Source: the human T2T-CHM13v2.0 reference genome, Homo sapiens
DNA: 64,000 bases
Direction: 5' to 3' (one strand)
NCBI RefSeq assembly: GCF_009914755.1
Contig: NC_060934.1
Part shown: positions 42,681 to 64,000 of the stretch, piece after piece
Layout of the letters: each line of letters starts with the position of its first letter
Position numbering within the stretch: position 1 is the first letter of the stretch
Made by a program: the position numbers and the translations under genes
The notes under the pieces: model-generated
What the model was told of the DNA's origin: nothing
What the model saw: only the letters and a program-made list of their open reading frames with translations
Database searches by the model: none

Positions 42681-42827
42681 GAAATCAAGTCATGATTTGT
42701 GTTTGTGACAGTGACAGGGTTAATGATGTTAGTAATCTGTAATGTGTATGTTCTTAGCACATCATGATAGAATTTGACTAGGCATGGTGTGGTTACTACA
42801 ACAGGATGAGAGCAATGATACCACTAG

Positions 42828-42877
42828 AGAGAAGTGATAGCATTAATTTCAGAGAAGTGATAGCATTAATTTCAGAG
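42828..42877. repeat. Perfect 23-bp tandem duplication
   Basis: (AGAGAAGTGATAGCATTAATTTC)x2 plus AGAG. Confidence 0.9.
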
Positions 42878-44519
42878 GAAAAAAAACACTTTAAAATTTC
42901 ACCAGTTTTTCTATTTGTAGGCATCGCAATAGGAAGGAATGTGAGGAAGAAAGCTGGTGCATTTGGGAGAACACTTGTGAAATGTAGCAGAAGGCCAGGC
43001 GTGGTGGCTCACGCCTGTAATCCCAGCACTTTGTGAGGCCGAGGTGGGTGGATCATTTGAGGTCAAGAGTTCGAGCCCAGCCTGGCCTATATGGCGAAAC
43101 CCCGTCTCTACTAAAAACACAAAAATTAGCCAGGCATGGTGGCGGGCGCCTGTAGTCCCAGCTGCTCAGGAGGCCGAGGCAGGAGAATTGCTTGAAACCG
43201 GGAGGCAGAGATTGCAGTGAGCCGAGATTGTGCTACTGCACTCCAGCCTGGGCAATAGAGCAAGACTGAGTCTCAAATTAAAAAAAAAAAAAAGTAGCAG
43301 AAGTGAGCTGTAGTGGAAACAAATACAAAGAAAGGGAACGAGAACTGAAACATGAAGAGCAAGAAACCTATGAACACAGAGGACTGATCTGGGAATGATA
43401 AGTTGAGCATTGTGGTTTGGAAGGAATATTGGAATTCATTTAACCCAATCTCCTTATTTTTTTGTATTGATGTGAAAACTGAGAGACAAGGAAGTTCCTT
43501 TAGAGCTTATCTATAATCTCCTTTAGAACGGAATCAATCGTGCAAATTTGGTTCTAGGCTGACAGTTGAAAGTCAAGACTTTGTAAGTAAAATCCTTCTG
43601 TTCTGTAGGTATATTATTGTAAATAAGAACTTCATTCTTAAAGAACAATTTCATACCTTACAAAATTGATTATGAAAATAAAACAAAACAGACGCATATG
43701 CGATTTTGAATATTAATTATGTAAGACTAAAAACAGTATAAAAAGTAGTATTTTAAACGCTCCTTTGGGGAATATTTTCTACATTGGCACAGATATAGTC
43801 CAGGGAATTTTAGAATGAAAATAACTTTTTTCCCTTTGTAAATATGTAAATTTCATTTTGTAAATATGTATATGCATATAGAGTAAGCATATGCATTTTT
43901 CATTGTGCTAAATGTTGAATTGCCTTCAAAGCTGGAGTCATCTATTCTGAAAAATCTTTGAACGGTAAATGATGGGAAGGAATAGATTCCTTTGTGAGGT
44001 CTTCAGTTTCAAAGATCCTTACAATGTATCAGCTGCTGAGTCAGCAGAATCAACATCATCCCAGACTAGCTGGTAAGTGTTGCTAATCTAGTTACCTGGT
44101 CTGTGGTAGTTACTAGGTGTTCATAAAAGAAAAAGACATGATCTTTATAATAGTGAAAGGCAAAAGTGGAAGAAGTCATAAATTGAATTATGGTGAATTG
44201 GATGAGTTTATATCATACTATTATTTGTTATGAAAAGGTTATTTATAGACCCTGACATTATATAGATTGGTTCAAACTTCTCCAAATAAGAGACGTCAGA
44301 CTATGATAGAGCAGCTGTTCCAGAATATCCATTAGGAGCAAAAGAGCGACAGGGTTGGGGACAGGCCTGCAGTCTAGCTGCTGGGAAAGGGTCTGACTGA
44401 GGCTGTGGTTTTCAAACATTTTTGCTTTTTTGAAACATATACCTTCTCTCATATTTTTAAGTGATCTACAGTTTTTTTTTTAAATCATAACCCTAAACAG
44501 TTGCAAAGGATATAATTTC

Positions 44520-49280
<4,761 letters not shown>

Positions 49281-49417
49281 GTTTGCCATTTTAATCATAA
49301 TAAATTTTATTTATTTACTGCATTTAACAAACATTTATGGAATATCTACCGTGAAGAGCCCAGAAACAGGGAAAAATGATTCAGACTAATGCTTATACAA
49401 TTAAAAAGTTACAATAT

Positions 49418-50226
<809 letters not shown>

Positions 50227-50859
50227 TACCATACCATTAAGTGCTATATAATAGAGGTAGTCAATTAACAAATGGATTAACAAATATTTATTATGTGCCT
50301 ATTACTAGTCAGGTACTGAGTCAGGAAAGGCTTTTAAGAAGCAAAATCTAAGCGGAAGTTTAGAGGAGATCTAGGACCTAAATAGAGTAAGAGCAGGAAA
50401 AGCAGAAAGAGTTGCTTGTTTGAAGATACAAAAAGCATGGGGGCGAATGCTAGTAGTTCAGAAAGGCTAACGTAGAGGGTAGGAGAAAAAAAACTGCGAA
50501 GAGATGAGTTACTGAGAGGTCAGTTCATTAAGGAGGTAATGCTAAAGAAGGGGGGTTTAATCCTGAAGGTAAGGCTACTCTGCACACTTGTAATCATACA
50601 ATTAATTTAATTTTTTATTTAATGACTATCTTCCCCAAAGGCTGTACTCCAAAAAGGCTAAATCTCACAGAGCTTTTATCCCTATAATTCCAGCATCTAA
50701 AATGTTACCTGGCACACGTGGGAGTTAATACATATTTGCTGAATGACTGAGTAACTGAAGAAACCCTATAAGAATTTTAAGGAAATGATATATAATCAGA
50801 TTTGTGTATTAGAAAAATCATTCTGGCGGTAAGACAGAGAATGGTTTAGAGGTAATAGC

Positions 50860-51233
50860 TGTATTAGCTAGCTTAGGCTGCCATAACAAAATACCAGAGT
50901 GAGTGACTTATACAACAGAAATTAATTTTCTTGCCGTTCTAAAGGTTGGAAGTCTGAGATCAGGGTACCAGCATGGTTGGGTTCTGGCGAGGGCTCTCTT
51001 ACTGGCCTGCAGACAGCTGCCTTCTCGCCACATCCCCACATGGCAGAGAGAGGGAGAGACAGCAAGCAATCCAGTGTCCTTCTTATAAGGGCACTAATCC
51101 CATTAGCAAGGCCGCAGCCTCATGACCTCATCTAACTCTAATTATCTCCCAAAGATTCTGTCTCCAAATACCATCACATTGGGCATAAGGGCTTCAATAT
51201 TTGTATTTTTGAGGATACAATTCAGTCCACAGC
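50860..51233 (-). mobile_element. MLT1A-type MaLR solo LTR
   Basis: tgtattag...ggctgccataacaaaatacc...ccaaataccatcacattggg...attcagtccacagc. Confidence 0.8.
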
Positions 51234-51656
51234 TGTAGGAAAGGAGAAAAGACAGCAGGAGGTGAATGTAGTAACTTGCCTAAGAGATGAGGGTATAAAC
51301 TAAAGTAGTGACAATGCAGAGGAAGAGGAAAGACTGAGAAATAGTAATCATTCCTACTTGGGCTGGAATTATTAAACTGTTAAAAACCTTCCTAGGATAT
51401 TCTTTTTCCTGAATTTGAAAATTATAGACTTTTTCGTGTAGTAACTCTATTTGCACACCAGTTTTTTGTTTTTTGTTTTGTTTTTTTGTTTGTTTTTTTT
51501 GTTTTTTGAGACAGAGTCTCTCTCTGTCGCCCAGGCTGGAGTGAAGTGGCCCGATCTCGGCTCACTGCAACCTCCATACCCCAGGTTCAAGCGATTCTCC
51601 TGCCTCATCCTCCTGAGTAGCTGGGATTACAGCTGCCCACCACCACGCCCAGCTAA

Positions 51657-54400
<2,744 letters not shown>

Positions 54401-54840
54401 CACTCCTGGGGTTGTTAGTAGGCTTCAGCACGCCTGAAGGACCCCGTCCTACGGAGACTCCTAGCCAAGGGAAAAGCAGAAAACACAAGAACTAATTCCA
54501 CTCTTATGTGTGACTAATTAAAAGAGGAGTCAGGCAGAGGGGACTCCCTGTTCAGCCTTTACCGATGGGGCAGGCTCGGGGCAGCTTTGAGACAGGCAGC
54601 GCCAAGGTCGCCCAGATTCCCGACAAGCTCCGCGCGGGGGCTTCCTCGGCTCCTTGCTGTTGCCGCCGCCGCAGCTGCTGCCGCGGTTGGTGGGGTTGGG
54701 TGAGAGGAGGAGCTGTCGCGGACCCTGTAGAGTCGATCTCTGTTGCTCTTTTTGCCTGAGGAGTCTTCCATCCTACGTCGAGCTCTGACTCCCGTGCTGT
54801 CGAGAGGGAGTCCCCGGGGACACCTCGGCACGCAGTGGAG

Positions 54841-54880
54841 ATGCCTCTTTTTGCCACCAATCCCTTCGATCAGGATGTTG
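54841..54880 (+). CDS. STAM: STAM (signal transducing adaptor molecule 1, ESCRT-0) coding exon 1, 40 nt; the rest of the gene lies beyond the window
   Basis: ATG CCT CTT TTT GCC ACC AAT CCC TTC GAT CAG GAT GTT G|GTAAGT = MPLFATNPFDQDV, the recognised STAM1 N-terminus; strong donor. Confidence 0.95.
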
Positions 54881-56681
54881 GTAAGTGTTTTTGCCTCTCC
54901 CTGCCCATTCCTCACCGGACTGCACGCTCACTCTGCCAGCCCCTGCCTGCATTCAGGACCCTCGGGCCAGGGCCAAGGAAGAGCTCGCTCTTCCCCTTTC
55001 CTGAGGCTCCCTCCTTCAGAGCTGGGAGGAGGTTGAGGGCTTGGCGCATCCTCTTTGAAAGAAATGGGACTCATCCTGTGAAATGGGCCTTGAGCTAGGA
55101 CTGTAGGTTGCCAAAGAACTGCTGAATGGGTTGGTGTAAAGGGCCTGGGAGGAGCAGCTGGTGTAGCATCTGGTGCAGGGACTGTGCTTCTGGAAGAACA
55201 GCGAAGGGCTTAAGGCGTATGTTGGCTAGATTAGGATTGTAAACCCTGTACCAAAAGTGCTTGCCTAGACAAATAAATGTTGAGCGTCTGGAACTGGCAG
55301 AATGTTTTAGGTAAGGTTCCTTAGAGGATTTTAAAATCTTTTGTAACGGTAACTGAAGGAGGGAGCTCTGGTTAAGGGTAGACTCTCAAACATGTTAGGA
55401 GCGATGAAGATGAAATACTTGGCAACGACTGAAACCGAATTGAGGACCTGAGCCTTTGGGATGTCTCTCTTAGGCTAGGTCTCTGCACTTTAAAAGGTGT
55501 AAAGAAGTGTGGAAGAAGTTGTTGAATCTGGAAAGAGTTTGAAATGCTACATTTTTGTTGTTTTCTGAATCACTGGTATTAGGTACTGATGATGTCAATT
55601 CAATAGGTTTGCTTTTGGTTTTTAATTTAATTTTATTTTATTTTTTTCTGACTTGAAGATAATAATTATGGGAATTTGAGTTTCCGGGGAGAGAATTTTG
55701 GTTTAATTTGAACGCACGTAGGAACTACCTTGGCACACAAGTGTGGAATGAAAGCAAGCCAAATACCATTTCCAAATCCCTTATGGCAGAATGTAATCAT
55801 TACTGTGAATAAGGACAACCTTATGAATTTACTTGTCTTTGTGTATTTTAATTATGAAAGGTGGATGTTGAATTTTTCTTTTTAAACTCTTCCTTAGAGC
55901 ATGTCACTGAAACTTGGAAGTTTATATAAGAGTAGAAAAAAGTTCACTCCTTACCTCTGCCACTTCTCAGCTCACGGTGAAATCATAGGCAAGTTAAATT
56001 CTTTGAGTTCCAGTGTTCTTGTCTTTAAAGAGGGGAAAACACATCATTCCATTCTGCAGTTAAATAATATGTCTAGAGGGCCTGCTACAGTACCTTTATG
56101 TGGTTGGCACTTACTAGATGCTACCTTTTTTGTTCCACCTTAAATGAGTGTCCTGAATCTTAGCAGTGGACAGAACCTTGGAGATCACCGATTATACTTA
56201 ATGAATTGGAAAATTGCATTTAATTTAATAAGCAGTTAGCACACACTACAGGACACAGCAGCTCAGTGACATAAGAGATACAGTGATGAGCAAGGCCTAG
56301 TTGCTGTTCTCAAGCAGTTTTACATCTCACTACATGAATCTCTAGGGGAAATACTTAAAACAGCTTCTTAATACTTGCTTCTTCTGTTTACAGCACCTTT
56401 GTCTAGTTTTCTTGGTCCTGTATAATTTAGCTAGCAACTACCCAATCACCTTTATATTCTACTGACTTTGTGAACACATATTTGCATTGGATTCAGGTAA
56501 ATTTCTTAATGTCAAACCCGTTCCTAGTAGCTGTACCACCCAGTTCAAACACAGGCACCTTCTTGCCTTTATGCTTTTGTCCTACGCTTATGCTTTCTTT
56601 TATCTTTCAACATATCCTTGTGTGTTAAGGCCAACTCAGAATCCAACTTGTTACACCTGAGTCATTTCCTGATTACTGTAG

Positions 56682-56900
56682 CAAAGGGTTTCTCAGTAGC
56701 AACGTTATTGACGGTTTGGGCCAGGTAAATATCTTTGTCATAGGAGTTTGTCCTGTGCAATGTAGGGTGTTCAGCCTTATCCCTGGCCTTTATCCACTAG
56801 ATGCCGGTGACACCCAGCCCCCACTCATGATTTTAGAAGTCTCAGGACATTGCTAAATGCCCCCTGGAAGGACAAAATACCTCCCAGTTGAGAACCGCTG
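56682..56900. mobile_element. MER20 DNA transposon
   Basis: tgtcctgtgcaatgtagggtgttcagc...atccctggcct..ccactagatgcc...cagttgagaaccgctg. Confidence 0.8.
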
Positions 56901-57759
56901 CACTAGTCCACTCTAATTTCCACCTTCTTACAAAATCCTCTAACTTATTTTAGCATTTTTGCCTTTACCGAATTATTTAGCATTCAAGATAGTTTTATAC
57001 TCCTTAATGAGTGGTTGCTACATAGGAGGTGTTTAATAATGTTTGTTGAGTTGAGAATGTGTCAGTTGAGCCTGCCAGACATTATACTTCTTCAGTGTAG
57101 CAACATTGTTTTGCTCCAGAAAAGCTTACTTTTTAAAGTTGCTCAGGTTTTGGTATTGGACCAATTCTCTTCTCACAATCCTTGTATTGAAATATTACAA
57201 AAGGTTTATCTAAGAAGACCCCTCAGAGATTCCCAGTACATAAGCCTTGCACAGAGTCCAGTAGACTCATATTATTTTTTAATAGTATAACATATAGAAT
57301 ACAGTGTATAGAATACACTTAACAATTTTTTCTTTCACCATATCTACCAATGAATATGTCATAACATTAAAGTAACTCATTTGATACAGTTATTTATCAC
57401 TTAACACTCGTATACATTTGCACATCTTCAAAATTAATTGTCTTCAGTCTTAATCTGAGGCTGAATCAGAAATTCACTGACTGATTTATATAATATAACA
57501 TTTTTTATAAAGAGACACAATGCTGGTGATAGCTTTTCCCTTGGAAGAAACACCGAAAGATGTTACTAGAATGTGAGCTCTGTGAGGACAGGGATTTTTG
57601 TTTGATTTTTTCACTGCTGTATCCCTAGCTGTAGACCAGTTTTTGGCATGCTGAAGAACTTTCAGTAAACATTTATGGAATAAATGAATCTCATTTTGGA
57701 CATTATAATTCAAGAGCTGAATTTAGAAGAAACGTAAAGATAACTTATTTCATCAAGTT

Positions 57760-61626
<3,867 letters not shown>

Positions 61627-63410
61627 TCAGCAGGGCATGTAAGGCCTCTTATATTTGGCTTCTTTGTGACTCTTGAGCCTCACCTTCCACTTTTTTCTTG
61701 CAGGTGTATTTCACTCCTTATTGGTTTTATGCCACTGTGCTCTTCAGGTGTGGATCCTCTGGCTTGACATACCTATTTGTTCATTAATCCTCAGTAGGTT
61801 TGTTTTGAGGAGATGATGCATGTAAAGCACTTAGCATAGCACCTGGCATGTAGTAACCAATGGATACGTTTTAGCTCCTTTTATAATCAAGTTAGAAATA
61901 GATGTGGGGACTATTGGATTCTAAGGTGTGCAATCAGTTACTGTTAAAACATAGGAGAGAAATGTGAAAATTCAGAATACAAGTATGTTAACCATCTGAT
62001 ATCCACTGGATTAAGAACTTGTATTCTTTGGTTCTTCTGTCCCTATTTTACCTCTCCCCTAAGCTGTTTTTTCTAATGCCTTTAGGTTATCATTTCTGTT
62101 TTATGTTCCTCTCTGAAATGCTTCCATGCTGTTCTTTTGATACCTACTTCTTTTTCTGGTTAGCAGAGCTTCAGATTACATTTCTTTGCAGATACAGTTT
62201 CCAGGAGGATCAGGGATATTAGATGAAAGATTTTTGAAGAATTGATTTGCAAAGAGGATAATTTCTTTCAGACTTACTTTTCCATTGGCCATTTTTAATG
62301 AACTGTTACATCTTCGGGCTGACTGAATGACAGTCCTTTCCTCACCACCTAAATGTGATGCGAAGTCATCCTGTCAGCATTTCTTACCTCCCCAGATCTT
62401 TGACAGTCATAAATTTTGAGAAAAATCAAAAGTTGCTGCTTATCAGAAAAAGTTCTCTAATCTTTTGAAAAGACTATTGAAATTCAAATGAGGCTCTGTG
62501 TATGTTTTTTCTGGGTACTGCTGGGCAGATTTCTCAATCTCCTCTTTTTGAGTATTAGTGTAAGGATATTCTCAGGATAAAATGAGATCATTATGAAGCT
62601 TTGAATTCTTTAGAAGCAAGTCTGTTATTTTTGTCACTTTTCCTTTTCCCACAAACCCTGTTTTTGTCTTAGAAAATAAATAGTTTTGACTTCATTTGCT
62701 ATTCACAGAACCATGTTGTAGGTAGTTTATATCCTTCTGATTAAAAAAAAAATACTTGTTCTTTTATAACTGAGAAGAATTGTGCCACTGATTTTGATGA
62801 TTTTGAGGCAGCCTCAATAAATGATGTGAACAATTTTAGATTTCTGAAGTGGGTTGTGTTTCTGATCCATCCATACAAATATGAATCAGATGCTGATTCT
62901 ATTTATGTGTAGGAAAGTAATAAAGTAGTTCATGAGTTTTCAACATAATATCTGCTGATAACTGTATCATATGTTCCTGGATGTATCATTAATCAAGAAC
63001 TGCAAGATAGCACTCAACTATGATAGTAGGCAATTTATATTTGATGAGATAAACTGTTAACTTTTTAATAAGTTTTAATATGCTTAGCTATTATGTTTTT
63101 AAATAAGGTGGCAGGTTTTAGAATTTAAGTGTGTTCTTTTAAAAAATGCACTTAAAAAAAAAACAACCTGCTTGGCTACCAGTCAGTGAGAATGATGAAT
63201 TAATTATTAAAATGCACTACCAGACCAAAGTAATAACATGCTTTCCTTTTCTAAGATGAAGTAAGTGATATTGTTCAGAATGACTCACTCAATATTCTTG
63301 GGCTTTAGAGGGGTTGAGTACCTAGGGAGCAGGCTCTGGGACTCCTCAATCAGAGCACTTCCACTTGGGTTTGCTGTATATATTGGGTTTCTTTTAAGAT
63401 AAAATTCTCT

Positions 63411-64000
63411 TATAGTGTTGAATGATAAATAATTTGACTAGTCTTTGTTTCCTAGGAGACAGCCTCTAAATCCTTGGAATTTTCTGAGTGATAAGAGCAT
63501 CTTTGTTATTTTTGGTGGGCCCCTGGGATAATAGCTTAGTTTATGCTAATAAGATGACTTGGTCTGGGGGCTGGCCACTCCAGAAGGACTAACCATGTGA
63601 TTAAAGGATTTGGGCTTTGAGTCATAGGACCTCCTGGGAAGGATAGGGACCTGGAGATTAAGTTCCACTGTGTGGTCCTGTTTCATAAATCATACCTATA
63701 TAATGACACCCCAATTGTAGAATCCATGAAGGTACATTTCCCAGTCCATCGAAACCTACACTGAAAAACCGAATATTCCGCGATAAAAACTGGAAACAAG
63801 CTATTTGTGAAAATGCTTTGTGATGTGTGGATTCATCTCACAGAGTTAATTGTTTGTTTTGGTAAAACAGGTTGTTTTGATAAAACAGGATAAAAACTCT
63901 GAACACTGAAGCTCAGTTAAGCATTCTGGTAGGTGATACACATTGTGGTGATACACACTGATGTACTTGGAGGGTGATGAAGCTTCCTAGCACAGAAGCT
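63411..64000. mobile_element. MER21-family LTR interrupted by the alphoid insert; runs to the window end
   Basis: gcctctaaatccttggaatt...accatgtgatta...acaccccaat / ataaaaactctgaacactgaagctc matches MER21 as recalled. Confidence 0.7.
63715..63874 (+). repeat. Single ectopic alpha-satellite monomer (divergent monomeric type, no CENP-B box)
   Basis: ttgtagaatc...ataaaaactggaaacaagc...tgctttgtgatgtgtggattcatctcacagagtt matches the 171-bp alphoid consensus. Confidence 0.88.

Noticed and set aside
41786-42760. 324-aa minus-strand ORF, the longest in the track
   Set aside because: Starts at GTG outside the insertion, crosses the TSD and runs through the C-rich HERV-H R/U5/leader, which is stop-poor; no recognisable domain
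54565-54759. 64-aa ORF upstream of the STAM ATG as a possible uORF
   Set aside because: Its ATG probably lies upstream of the main TSS; inclusion in the mRNA cannot be supported from sequence alone
54881-55098. Extension of the STAM ORF to 87 aa
   Set aside because: Runs through the GTAAGT donor into intron 1

Overview
Human genomic DNA from chromosome 10p12 (HACD1/PTPLA - STAM region), very Alu-rich. The minus strand carries the whole HACD1 coding sequence in 7 exons: 27841-27585, 14551-14434, 14248-14230, 14152-14064, 9915-9794, 4887-4709 and 950-868. These total 867 nt = 288 aa + stop, and every GT-AG junction was checked in frame. The plus strand carries STAM exon 1 (ATG 54841) and the start of intron 1. 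The most striking object lies between the genes at 38846-42663 (minus strand): one ~3.8 kb L1-mobilised insertion bracketed by a 15-17 bp target-site duplication. It reads like a spliced chimeric mRNA: HERV-H LTR7 R-U5 starting at the cap site with an extra 5' G, tRNA-His PBS, leader and gag remnant ending at a HERV-H splice donor, a 38-nt orphan exon, then an SVA joined at its internal splice acceptor, and poly(A). STAM intron 1 holds a sense solo LTR12 and a single ectopic alpha-satellite monomer inside a MER21 LTR with a templated junction. HACD1 shows several readable regulatory features: a weak exon-5 donor with RBFOX/QKI/MBNL motifs, a 19-nt microexon, two ATGs of unequal Kozak strength and a cluster of muscle TF motifs. 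Repeat family names and consensus comparisons are from memory, and most repeat boundaries are approximate.
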